A DNA stretch of 64,000 nt from Bdellovibrionales bacterium (GTDB taxonomy: Bacteria; Pseudomonadota; Alphaproteobacteria; UBA9219), in contig JBAZNY010000001.1 of NCBI GenBank assembly GCA_041649025.1, positions 8,207 through 72,206 of the forward strand, given 5' to 3'. Both the position numbers and the translations under genes were made by a program. Every line of letters begins with the position of its first letter. The stretch's first letter is position 1. The notes beneath the pieces were generated by a model, which was given only the letters and a program-made list of their open reading frames with translations, was not told the origin of the DNA and ran no database searches. Shown here piece after piece: positions 7,722 to 17,524 of this stretch.

Positions 7722-9521
7722 CTAAAGAAAAGTTGCCTCATTCACTTCAATTGTCGCATCTGATCCCATGCGGATAATTTCTGCAAGCCCTGTACTTTGT
7801 GGAAGGATTTGTGTGGCATAAAAACGAGCCGAAAGAATTTTTGAATCAAGAAATTCGAAATGTCCCTTCTTTGACGATAAATCTTCATGAGCGAGAAGGG
7901 CGGAGCGAACCAAATAAAATCCACCCAATACATTTCCAAACAATCGCAAAAAAGAGACAGATGAAGCTGCTGTTAGCGCGGGATTTGCCTTGCCGTTTTG
8001 TAATAACCAAGAGGCAGCATCCTTCAGTGCGGTTAAAGCATGCACCAGATTTTCACGTAGAACATTGAAATTATCAGGAAGAACGCTTGGCCATGATTTT
8101 AAAAAGGAGTCAATTTCATCCGTCATATTTTTGAAAGCAGCGCCTTGATCATAGATCAGTTTGCGAAAGACGAGGTCTTGGGATTGAATGCCGTTGGTTC
8201 CTTCATAAATCATGAGGACGCGAACGTCGCGCATATGCTGTGCTGCGCCCGCTTCTTCGATATAACCAACGCCGCCAAACACCTGTATGCCGGTTGAAGC
8301 CACTTCACTGGCTCGATCCGTTATCCAGGCTTTGACAATAGGGGTCAAAAGAGCGACCCGTGCCGAGGCTTGGGCTTTTTGCGCTTCATCTTTACTGTGC
8401 CGTGAGACATCAACTGAATAAGCGGCGTGATAGGCAATAGCTCGTGCGGCCTCTGTGGTGGATTTCATCTCCAGCAACATGCGGCAAACATCGGGATGAT
8501 GGATAATTGGTACAGGCGAACCTTTAGGGTCGTTGATCGGGCGACCTTGGACGCGGGTTTTGGCATAGTCGCGGGCGTGTTGGTAGGCCCGCTCCATGAC
8601 ACCAAGGGCCTGCACGCCGACGTTGATGCGCGCGTTGTTCATCATCGTGAACATTGCGGCAATGCCGCCATTTTCTTTGCCGATGAGATGACCAAGAGCC
8701 CCCCTCTGATCACCAAAGGCCATAACGCACGTAGGGCTGCTATGCATGCCCATCTTATGTTCGATGGAGACGACATGCACTTCGTTATTTTCTCCAAGGC
8801 TGCCATCGTCGTTGACGAGATACTTAGGTACAAGGAACAGAGATAAACCGCGTGTGCCTTCCGGTGCATCAGGCAGGCGTGCCAAAACCAGATGGATGAT
8901 GTTTTCGGCCATATCGTGATCGCCGAAACTGATGAAAATCTTCTGACCGGAAATTCGGTAATGATCGCCTTCTTTAATAGCTTTAGTTTTGATTGCGCCA
9001 ACGTCTGAACCTGCTTGGGATTCAGTCAGGTCCATCGAGCCGCTCCATTCTCCACTGACCATTTTGGTCAGATATTTTTTCTTGGTTGACTCGTCTCCGT
9101 GTGCCGTAAGAAGTTCAAGCGCGCCTACGTTCAACATAGGACATAAAGCAAGCGAGACGTTTGCCGCTTGCAACATTTCGAAGATCGACATTCCTATGAG
9201 CGAGGGCAGACCTTGCCCGCCGAATTTTTCTTCAACTTGCATTCCGTTCCAGCCGCCATCGATAAACGCTTTGTATGCGTCTTTAAATCCTAAAGGCATG
9301 GTGACATTACCGTTCGAGAACATAATGCCGTTTTTATCCCCAATATCATTTAGGGGGGCAAAAACCTCTGAAGCAATCTTTCCGGCCTCGGATAAAACGG
9401 CATCAACAATGTCTTCTCCTACTGATTCGTAGTCTTGGAGCGAAGATAATTTGTCGATTCCAATCAAACGGGTAAGGACAAAACGAATTTCTGACAGGGG
9501 GGGGGTATAAGGAAACGGCAT
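7722..9521 (-). CDS. Acyl-CoA dehydrogenase family protein, large AidB/FadE-like form
   Basis: It is 599 aa with ACAD middle and C-terminal blocks (...GSDVGAIKTKA..., ...YEGTNGIQSQDLVFRKL...). Confidence 0.85.
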   Translation of the reverse strand: MPFPYTPPLSEIRFVLTRLIGIDKLSSLQDYESVGEDIVDAVLSEAGKIASEVFAPLNDIGDKNGIMFSNGNVTMPLGFKDAYKAFIDGGWNGMQVEEKFGGQGLPSLIGMSIFEMLQAANVSLALCPMLNVGALELLTAHGDESTKKKYLTKMVSGEWSGSMDLTESQAGSDVGAIKTKAIKEGDHYRISGQKIFISFGDHDMAENIIHLVLARLPDAPEGTRGLSLFLVPKYLVNDDGSLGENNEVHVVSIEHKMGMHSSPTCVMAFGDQRGALGHLIGKENGGIAAMFTMMNNARINVGVQALGVMERAYQHARDYAKTRVQGRPINDPKGSPVPIIHHPDVCRMLLEMKSTTEAARAIAYHAAYSVDVSRHSKDEAQKAQASARVALLTPIVKAWITDRASEVASTGIQVFGGVGYIEEAGAAQHMRDVRVLMIYEGTNGIQSQDLVFRKLIYDQGAAFKNMTDEIDSFLKSWPSVLPDNFNVLRENLVHALTALKDAASWLLQNGKANPALTAASSVSFLRLFGNVLGGFYLVRSALLAHEDLSSKKGHFEFLDSKILSARFYATQILPQSTGLAEIIRMGSDATIEVNEATFL

Positions 9522-9700
9522 AACGCCTCACTATTTTGTGTAAAAACATCGGAAAGGATACTGAATGATCGGCTAAAACATACTAACAAAATGTACTAAC
9601 ATAAATAGCTGATGCCTGTGCGTTCTTGTCTGTTAATATATCGAAGAAGTATTTGGCACGTACATTGCTTATACGGGGGCAGGGAAGAGGAGATAATAAG

Positions 9701-10678
9701 GTGGGCTCGCAAATTTCCACAGCAAATGCGATAAATTCGCTTATAAAACAAGCGGATAATGCTGGTGCGTCTTCGCGTGTTATTCGTGCAATTCAAAACG
9801 CTGCGGCCAAGACAGGTGTCGATTTTTCCTATCTTTTGCAAAAAGCATCGCAGGAAAGCAGTTTTGATCCTTTGGCTACAGCCACAACAAGTAGCGCTAC
9901 CGGATTGTTTCAATTCACCAATCAGACATGGTTGCAGGTGGTCAAAAACTATGGAGATCAATATGGCCTTGGCAATTATGCCGCGCAGATTACGTCAGAT
10001 TCTGACGGCCGTTTAACCGTTGAAAATTCGGAAATGCGTAAGGCTATTTTGGCTTTACGCAAAGACCCTAATATCTCAGCGGAAATGGCCGGTGAATTGG
10101 ATAAAGAAAATGCCGCAGCGCTTCAGCAAAAAGTTGGAGGCAAGATCGGTGGAACTGAGCTTTATCTTGCCCATTTCCTTGGTGCAGGAGGGGCAAGCAG
10201 TTTTATTCGCGAGCTGCGAAATAATCCCAAAGCTGCTGCTGCAGAGATTTTGCCTACAGCAGCGGCTGCAAATCAGTCAGTATTCTATGCAAAGACGGGC
10301 GAAGCGCGTTCTTTGCAACAAATTTATCAACGTTTTTCAGAGAAATTCGACTCCGGCCTGAAGCAAGTCGCAAGCTTATCATCAAAAGCCTCGACGACAA
10401 AATTGTCAGAATTGTCCCCTTCGGCCAATATAACGGAAGAGACATCTACGGTTTCGCGAGCATTGGCTGTCACCAACGCTATTTCTTCTCTTCATTTGCA
10501 AACAGGGGCGGAAAACACAACTCTTGCTTCAAATAGAATGTCGACACTTTTTAATGCAATGATATTTGGACAAATTCAAGATATGCAACTAAACACGACA
10601 TCTTCGCTATCGATTGTTAATCAAGAAGTTGATGGCAAGAGGAAAAACGCTAATTCTATTTTATCCGCAGCAGCGTAA
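9701..10678 (+). CDS. Lytic transglycosylase (SLT domain) protein with a low-complexity C-terminal tail
   Basis: The SLT catalytic block is ...LLQKASQESSFDPLATATTSSATGLFQFTNQTW.... The ORF opens at TTG 9626, but GTG at 9701 has a GAGGAG RBS 7 nt upstream. No signal peptide is evident. Confidence 0.6.
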   Translation: MGSQISTANAINSLIKQADNAGASSRVIRAIQNAAAKTGVDFSYLLQKASQESSFDPLATATTSSATGLFQFTNQTWLQVVKNYGDQYGLGNYAAQITSDSDGRLTVENSEMRKAILALRKDPNISAEMAGELDKENAAALQQKVGGKIGGTELYLAHFLGAGGASSFIRELRNNPKAAAAEILPTAAAANQSVFYAKTGEARSLQQIYQRFSEKFDSGLKQVASLSSKASTTKLSELSPSANITEETSTVSRALAVTNAISSLHLQTGAENTTLASNRMSTLFNAMIFGQIQDMQLNTTSSLSIVNQEVDGKRKNANSILSAAA

Positions 10679-10682
10679 TTTG

Positions 10683-11333
10683 CTATTCTTTCCGATATAC
10701 ATAAACCACTTCCTTAAACGGTGAGCGGAAGGTCAATACCTTATCGGGTATCCATGCGCCGAGAAGGGGAAAGGTGTGCGAAATGACGATACTTCCTGAT
10801 TTCATTTCCCTATGTAACTTTTCACCAACGCGCTGCGCATACGTTGGGGTCAGATAAAAAACGACAGCATCAATTTTTGAACAATCGAAAGGCCAAAAAT
10901 CGCAACATTGATAGGATAAATTCTTAGGTCCCAACCAGCGTTGAACAAAGGCTGCCTGCATACAAGGAATTCGCGCTATTTCGATGCCGGTAACCTGTGC
11001 GACCGGGATTGAATTTGCTATGTACCGCGTTAATTCACCGCGTCCTGAACCAAGATCAATGATGGTAAAGGGGCTTTTTCCCCTCATTGATACTTCGCGT
11101 TGTAAGACAGCCGCAATTTTCCTGCGTCCGACAAAACCAGTCGCCAGAGTTGGTACATTGGCGCGGTTATAGGTCAATTCGAATATGACGCGAAAAGCTG
11201 CGTATCCTATGCACAGCAAAGGAAAAAGGGAATATCCACTTAAATGTTGTGAGGCGGCCCAAGCGGAAACTCCCAGCAAAGCCAGAAGCAAGACTCCAAT
11301 GATATTTAGCTTCATTTGATTTGAGATTTGCAT
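10683..11333 (-). CDS. Class I SAM-dependent methyltransferase with an N-terminal TM segment
   Basis: Motif I is IIDLGSGRGELT, and there is an N-terminal hydrophobic helix. Confidence 0.6.
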   Translation of the reverse strand: MQISNQMKLNIIGVLLLALLGVSAWAASQHLSGYSLFPLLCIGYAAFRVIFELTYNRANVPTLATGFVGRRKIAAVLQREVSMRGKSPFTIIDLGSGRGELTRYIANSIPVAQVTGIEIARIPCMQAAFVQRWLGPKNLSYQCCDFWPFDCSKIDAVVFYLTPTYAQRVGEKLHREMKSGSIVISHTFPLLGAWIPDKVLTFRSPFKEVVYVYRKE

Positions 11334-11415
11334 TTTTATGAGATTCGAGCCTTCAGGGGTTTTTTGTGATAAAGGATTCGTCGTATACCACGCCTATAAG
11401 AGATTGGGAATTCTC

Positions 11416-12204
11416 ATGCGCATAGCTACATGGAACGTCAATTCAGTCCGTGCGCGTTTGCCGAATATTATTGCATGGCTGGATGAGGCGAAGCCGGACG
11501 TTCTGTTGATGCAGGAAATCAAGTGCGAGACTGATGCTTTTCCGGCAATGGAATTTAAAGCTGCCGGATACGAAACATATGCCTTTGGACAAAAGGCATA
11601 TAACGGTGTTGCCTTGGCCAGCCTTCATAAAATTGAGGCTGCGCAGGAAGGCTTGCCCAATTTTAAAGAAGATACACAAGCGCGCTACTTAGAGGCCACA
11701 ATTAACGGCCTTCGTGTGGCTTCAATTTACGCTCCTAACGGCAATCCTGTCGATACGGATAAATTTACTTATAAACTTGATTGGATGACACGATTTAAAC
11801 GTCATGCCGCAAGTCTGCTTTGCGAAGAAAAACTTGTCGTTTTAGGCGGCGATTTCAATGTTATTTTTACAGAGCTTGACGTTTACGATCCTAAAGGCTG
11901 GGAAAAAGACGCTCTCTATCATCCGCAAATTCGCGCTGCATTTCGTGATATAATAAGTTTGGGGTATACGGAAATATTCCGCGCCTTACACCCGCATCAG
12001 AGGGCTTACAGTTTTTGGGATTATCAAGGCGGAGCGTGGCAGCAAGACAAAGGACTTCGTATTGATCATTTTCTTTTGTCCCCTGAAGCAGCGGATAGAA
12101 CAAAAGGGTGCGTTATTGATCGCGTAGCACGGGGTAAAGATAAAGCATCCGATCACACGCCCGTCATCGTCGATATTGCGAATGTGCCGGATTTAGACCA
12201 TTGA
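11416..12204 (+). CDS. xthA: Exodeoxyribonuclease III
   Basis: MRIATWNVNSVRARL...LLMQEIK...DHFLLS...SDHTPV is the ExoIII/AP endonuclease signature. The start was moved to Met27 of the track ORF. Confidence 0.9.
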   Translation: MRIATWNVNSVRARLPNIIAWLDEAKPDVLLMQEIKCETDAFPAMEFKAAGYETYAFGQKAYNGVALASLHKIEAAQEGLPNFKEDTQARYLEATINGLRVASIYAPNGNPVDTDKFTYKLDWMTRFKRHAASLLCEEKLVVLGGDFNVIFTELDVYDPKGWEKDALYHPQIRAAFRDIISLGYTEIFRALHPHQRAYSFWDYQGGAWQQDKGLRIDHFLLSPEAADRTKGCVIDRVARGKDKASDHTPVIVDIANVPDLDH

Positions 12205-14886
12205 AGCCTTGATTGGCAGAGTAACGATGATGTTGGTTCCAATTCCATCCTCACCTGTTTGTGCGCTAATATGCCCCTGGTGTGCTTCGATAAAGCCACG
12301 GCAGATGGAAAGGCCTAGCCCCGCGCCTGCTATAGAGCCCACTTCTGATGTATCCTTATTAATTCTATAAAACATATCAAATACGCGTTGTTGCTCACCT
12401 TCAGGAATGCCAATACCGCGATCGCTGATGATAGCTTTAATAAAACTTCCTTCTTGCTGCACGGTAATTTTTATTGGTTGATCGGGCATGGAATAAGAGC
12501 AAGCGTTCTCAATTATATTGATAAAAACACGCCGCAAGGCGGAAGCATCGGCCTCGATGAGAGGCAAATTTTCGGGACAGTCAAAAATGACTTTGCGGTT
12601 CTTAAGGCTTCGAACAAGACGCGCCATAGCCAATTCAATTACATCACGCAAACTCATTAATGCTAGGTTATAGTTCATGTTTCCGGTAACGAGTTCGGTC
12701 ATATCCAAAAAGTTTTCAATAAATCTATCAAGACGATCCGATTCCTGCTCGATATGAAAAACCAAGGCAAGCCGTTGATCTGCGGAAATTTCGTTCCAAT
12801 CGTTACTTAAATTTCTAGATGCTTGAACTATTTTGTCTAAGGGCGCGCGCATATCGTGACTGACAGAAGAAAAAAGGCTTGTGCGAAGCCTTTCCATTTC
12901 CGTTTGCAACCGTGCTTGTGCAACGTCCGTGACTAGTTTGGCCCGCTCGATGGCTGCGGCAGCTTGATAGGTTAAACTAGAGAGAAAATTGTTTTGTGTT
13001 GAAGTCAGGGCGCTCCCATCCTTTGTTTTGATAGCAATAACCCCAACGATGTTCGCGCCTGCTTGTAAGGGTAAACCGTAAAAGGGAGCTCCTGGCAACG
13101 TATCGGATTGAAATCCTGCCGGTTTGTGATGTCTCCACGCCCAATCCATCGCGGCATTTGATGCCGTATCCAATGTTAAATCAGCTGGAATTGAAGCTAC
13201 AATATTCAGCCTTTCATTATGAGGCATTAGGATAGCGACATATGCGCCCATTGTTGTTGCCACGCGTCTTACAGTTGCTTGGGAGACGTCGTCAATCGTT
13301 GCCGCTGCAGCAATGCTTTTTGTAAAATCATAGAGAGCTTGTGTGCGATCTGCATGGCGATGCGTAATATTGATCTGAAGGCGCACGCGGTTAGCAATAA
13401 AACTCGTCGCAAGGCAAATTGCAATAAAGAAGAACAACAGAACGCCATCTTCTTCTCTCTGTGGAAGAAGAGAGAAATTTGGCGCTGTTATAAAGAAATT
13501 TAACGCAAAAGCGGATAAGAACGTTGCAAAAAGAGAGGCAATAAAATCAATATCTAAAGCAACCAGGAGAACGGCGATTAAAAACAATAAAGACAGCGAT
13601 ATTGGTTCAGCGATAGGGGCTGACGCATAGGCCACTAGATAGGCAAAGCCTACAATAAAAAGCATTTTGCCAAAAGAAAGCCAGGAAAATTTCCACGAAG
13701 ATGTTTCGGAAATACTTGTTAATTTTTGGGTATCAGAGCTTCGTATTCTCCCCTCCAAATTGTTGATCAAAAGAAGATCAAAACCTTCGCCATTCTTGAT
13801 GAGTGCGTTTGAAACCGAGGGTTGTAAGAGACGCGACCAAAGAGACCGAAGTGATTTGCCAACAAGGATCGTGTTAACATTGCGTTCTCGAGCAATACGC
13901 AATATTTCACCGGAAATGTCTTCGCTTGCAACAGTCATCGTTTCTGCGCCCATGCTTTCGCCCAGTGCAAAAGCTTGTGAGATATTATTGTGCGCCTTTT
14001 CCGGCAGGGCTCTATGACGGCCGGTCTCTATGTGTAGAACGAACCAGGATGCTTTCCGCCGTTCTGCGCTGCGTTTCGCGGCGCGAACTAAAGGAACGGC
14101 TTGGTTATCATCAGAAATACAGACCATAACGCGGTTACTTGTTGGCCACGGTCCCGAAATAGCATGACGGCGCATTAAATCCGTCATCTGTTGATCGACG
14201 CGTTCTGCTGCTTGCCGTAGGGCCAGCTCGCGCAGTGCCGTTAAATTGCTCGGTGTGAAAAAGCGATTAACGGCCAACCGCGCCTGCTCTGGAATGTATA
14301 CTTTTCCTTCTTTTAATCGTTGCAAAAGCTCATCAGGCGGCAAATCGATTAATTCAATGGCATTTGCCATTTGAACCATACTATCCGGAACTGTTTCTCG
14401 AACTTTGACGCCGGTGATACGGGTGATGACATCATTCAAGCTCTCAATGTGTTGAACGTTAAGAGTTGTATAAACATCAATTCCGGCATCAAGGATTTCT
14501 TGTACATCTTGATAGCGTTTTGGATGTCTAGCGCCCGGAATGTTGGTGTGAGCCAGTTCGTCGACCAAAACGAGCTTTGGTTTGCGCTTCAAAAGGGCAT
14601 CCAGATCCATTTCCTCAAAGCTTAGTCCGCGATAATTAAGTTTTTGCCTTGGAATAACCTCGATACCCTGTGCCAAGGCTAGCGTTTCGCTACGTTGGTG
14701 CGTTTCAACAATGCCGATAATAGTGTCAGTCCCATCGCCCAATTTGGACTTCGCAGCGTTAAGCATCGCAAATGTTTTGCCAACTCCTGGTGCTGCGCCC
14801 AAAAAGATTTTCAATTTACCAACGTGTTCGCTTTTAGCTTCTTTAAGCAAAGCGTCTGGAGAAGGGCGTATTTCTTCGTCTGTCAT
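12193..14886 (-). CDS. kdpD: Sensor histidine kinase KdpD
   Basis: It has the N-terminal KdpD domain (GAAPGVGKTFAML), Usp, a TM bundle, the HisKA H-box (...SHDMRAPL...) and HATPase_c. It is 897 aa. Confidence 0.95.
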   Translation of the reverse strand: MTDEEIRPSPDALLKEAKSEHVGKLKIFLGAAPGVGKTFAMLNAAKSKLGDGTDTIIGIVETHQRSETLALAQGIEVIPRQKLNYRGLSFEEMDLDALLKRKPKLVLVDELAHTNIPGARHPKRYQDVQEILDAGIDVYTTLNVQHIESLNDVITRITGVKVRETVPDSMVQMANAIELIDLPPDELLQRLKEGKVYIPEQARLAVNRFFTPSNLTALRELALRQAAERVDQQMTDLMRRHAISGPWPTSNRVMVCISDDNQAVPLVRAAKRSAERRKASWFVLHIETGRHRALPEKAHNNISQAFALGESMGAETMTVASEDISGEILRIARERNVNTILVGKSLRSLWSRLLQPSVSNALIKNGEGFDLLLINNLEGRIRSSDTQKLTSISETSSWKFSWLSFGKMLFIVGFAYLVAYASAPIAEPISLSLLFLIAVLLVALDIDFIASLFATFLSAFALNFFITAPNFSLLPQREEDGVLLFFFIAICLATSFIANRVRLQINITHRHADRTQALYDFTKSIAAAATIDDVSQATVRRVATTMGAYVAILMPHNERLNIVASIPADLTLDTASNAAMDWAWRHHKPAGFQSDTLPGAPFYGLPLQAGANIVGVIAIKTKDGSALTSTQNNFLSSLTYQAAAAIERAKLVTDVAQARLQTEMERLRTSLFSSVSHDMRAPLDKIVQASRNLSNDWNEISADQRLALVFHIEQESDRLDRFIENFLDMTELVTGNMNYNLALMSLRDVIELAMARLVRSLKNRKVIFDCPENLPLIEADASALRRVFINIIENACSYSMPDQPIKITVQQEGSFIKAIISDRGIGIPEGEQQRVFDMFYRINKDTSEVGSIAGAGLGLSICRGFIEAHQGHISAQTGEDGIGTNIIVTLPIKASMV

Positions 14887-15482
14887 GGAATTGTTAGCGG
14901 TGTGATGGGAGGGGATGACAAAAGGTCAAGCGCACGATTTATGGCCAACACATTGATGCGCTTTTCTCCAAGAAAGCCAAAAGTGCGATGCGTTGTTTTT
15001 AACAATACCATTTTTTCGACTTGCTGCAAAGGAAGTCCCCTTGCTTTGGCAATTCGGACTGCTTGAAAGTGGGCCGATGCGACGGAAATATCGGGATCAA
15101 GCCCGCTACCAGATGATGTAACAAGATCAACTGGGATAGGACGGGTTTCATCCGCGTTTCGCAACTCTTTTACGCGTACGATGACGGCATCTATCATTTT
15201 ATTTGATGATGGCCCCAGATTGCTTCCCCCAGAAGAAGACGCATCATAACCAATGACAGATGCAGATGGTCGGGAATGAAAATAGCGATCGCTTGAGAAA
15301 TTTTGTCCGATAAGCTCCGAGCCAATAATTTTATCTCCTTCCTTCACGATGCTTCCATTGGCTTGGTATGGAAAAAAGGATTGCCCGACGATAGTCACAA
15401 ATAAAGGATAACCCACGCCGGTTAGAATGGACAGAAACGTAAAAAGCCCAAGGCTAGAGCGAATTTCCCGAAGCATCGTCAA
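14883..15482 (-). CDS. kdpC: K+-transporting ATPase subunit C
   Basis: It has the KdpC fold signature (...[25 protein letters not shown]...) and is 199 aa. Confidence 0.9.
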   Translation of the reverse strand: MTMLREIRSSLGLFTFLSILTGVGYPLFVTIVGQSFFPYQANGSIVKEGDKIIGSELIGQNFSSDRYFHSRPSASVIGYDASSSGGSNLGPSSNKMIDAVIVRVKELRNADETRPIPVDLVTSSGSGLDPDISVASAHFQAVRIAKARGLPLQQVEKMVLLKTTHRTFGFLGEKRINVLAINRALDLLSSPPITPLTIP

Positions 15483-17515
15483 GCTCCCATGAAAGCAGAA
15501 ACCACCAAATCAATCGCCTTAATTCCCACGAACGGCACTACAATACCCCCCAGGCCATAAATAAAAAGATTTCGCCGTAAAACGATATTAGCGGGCGCAG
15601 GAGAAAATTTCACGCCGTTTAAAGCCAAAGGTACAAGCGCGATCAGAATCAGGGCGTTAAAAATAATCGCAGACAAAATAGCGCTTTCTGGACTATGGAG
15701 ATGCATAACATTTAAGGCCTTCATGCTGGGATATATGCTTATGAGCAAGGCTGGAAGAATTGCAAAATATTTAGCAACGTCGTTGGCGAGCGAAAAAATC
15801 GTAAGTGTACCTCGACTCATCAAGAGTTGTTTCCCGATCATGACAATTTCGATTAATTTAGTGGGGTTATTGTCCAGATCGACCATATTGCTTGCTTCAC
15901 GGGCAGCCATTGTTCCAGCGTTCATGGCAACGCCGACATCAGCTTGCGCAAGGGCAGGGGCGTCATTTGATCCATCTCCACACATGGCAACCATTCTGCC
16001 AGAAGCTTGCTCTTGTCTTATGATGGAGAGCTTCATTTCAGGAGAAACCTCTGCCAGAAAATCGTCAACTCCGGCTTCTGCTGCAACGGCCGCAGCTGTA
16101 ATCGGATTATCGCCCGTGAGCATTATTGTCCGGATGCCCATACGTCGCAAAGCAGCGAAGCGTTCATAAATCCCAGGCTTAATTACATCTTTCAAATGAA
16201 TAATACCCAGAATGCTTTTATTCCTTGCAACCAACAAAGGGGTGCCGCCTGTTTTTGCGACTCGTTCGATAGCTAATGCAATTTCCAGGTTTTCCTTGAT
16301 ATTACAATACGCAAGAATTGTATCAGGAGAGCCTTTGCGAATGGAAAGGCCGTTGATGTCAACACCGCTCATGCGCGTATTGGCGCTAAAGGGAACAAAC
16401 TCCATATTTGGTTTATTAACGGTTTCTGCAGTTAATCCAAAATTTTCTCTGGCTAGACGAACGATAGATTTTCCTTCTGGAGTCGTATCGGCTAAGGAGG
16501 AGAGCAAAGCGGCTTCGACTAAAAATATTTCCCCAATACCGTAAAGGGGAATAAATTCGCTAGCCATCCGATTTCCAAACGTTATGGTTCCTGTTTTATC
16601 GAGCAACAAAGTATCTATGTCCCCGGCAGCCTCTACGGCGCGACCAGATTTAGTGATAACGTTGAACATAACCAGTCGATCCATGCCGGCAATTCTAATT
16701 GCGGAAAGAAGACCGCCGATTGTTGTTGGGATTAAGGAAACAAACAGCGCAATCAGATAAATGACAGGAAGAAGTTTGCCGCTGTAGGCGGCAAAGCCTT
16801 GCAATGTTACACAAACAATTAGGAATATCAGGGTCATTCCAACCAAAAGAATGTTCAACGCAATCTCGTTCGGCGTTTTTTGTCGACGTGCGCCCTCAAC
16901 TAATCCGATCATGCGATCAAGAAAAGCTTCGCCGGGATTTGCGCAAATTTGGACGATAATCCGGTCAGAAATAATTCGTGTGCCGCCGGTAACGGCTGAA
17001 CGGTCGCTATCGGATTCGCGAATAACGGGTGCGGATTCGCCGGTAATTGATGATTCATCGACAGTGGCGATACCTTTGACAACATCACCATCTCCAGGAA
17101 TAATGTCCCCCACCTCAGCTACGATTAAATCCCCCGTTCGCAGTTCTGCAGCAGGGACGATCGTAAAATTTGTTGCATCAATGCTCGATATTTTTTTAGC
17201 GAGAGTTTCCGTTCTTGTTTTACGTAAACTATTGGCTTGAGCTCTGCCGCGGCCTTCGGCGAGGGCTTCGGCAAAATTTCCGAACAGAACAGTAAACCAC
17301 AGCCACAGAGATATTTGTAAATCAACGGCTGAAAAAGCTCCTCCAAAAGCGTTACGCAAGGTTAAAAAGGTAGCCCAAAGGCTCGCGACGCCGACTGTAA
17401 ACATGATAGGATTTCGGATCAAAACCCTTGGTTTAAGCTTAATAAATGCCCCTCTTGTTGCTGCACGCAACAGATCCGGATCGAATAAAGATGAGCGTTT
17501 GTGTTTTTTGGACAT
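15479..17515 (-). CDS. kdpB: K+-transporting P-type ATPase subunit B
   Basis: DKTGTIT phosphorylation motif, TGDN and [10 protein letters not shown]. It is 678 aa. Confidence 0.95.
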   Translation of the reverse strand: MSKKHKRSSLFDPDLLRAATRGAFIKLKPRVLIRNPIMFTVGVASLWATFLTLRNAFGGAFSAVDLQISLWLWFTVLFGNFAEALAEGRGRAQANSLRKTRTETLAKKISSIDATNFTIVPAAELRTGDLIVAEVGDIIPGDGDVVKGIATVDESSITGESAPVIRESDSDRSAVTGGTRIISDRIIVQICANPGEAFLDRMIGLVEGARRQKTPNEIALNILLVGMTLIFLIVCVTLQGFAAYSGKLLPVIYLIALFVSLIPTTIGGLLSAIRIAGMDRLVMFNVITKSGRAVEAAGDIDTLLLDKTGTITFGNRMASEFIPLYGIGEIFLVEAALLSSLADTTPEGKSIVRLARENFGLTAETVNKPNMEFVPFSANTRMSGVDINGLSIRKGSPDTILAYCNIKENLEIALAIERVAKTGGTPLLVARNKSILGIIHLKDVIKPGIYERFAALRRMGIRTIMLTGDNPITAAAVAAEAGVDDFLAEVSPEMKLSIIRQEQASGRMVAMCGDGSNDAPALAQADVGVAMNAGTMAAREASNMVDLDNNPTKLIEIVMIGKQLLMSRGTLTIFSLANDVAKYFAILPALLISIYPSMKALNVMHLHSPESAILSAIIFNALILIALVPLALNGVKFSPAPANIVLRRNLFIYGLGGIVVPFVGIKAIDLVVSAFMGA

Positions 17516-17524
17516 ACTACGTTT

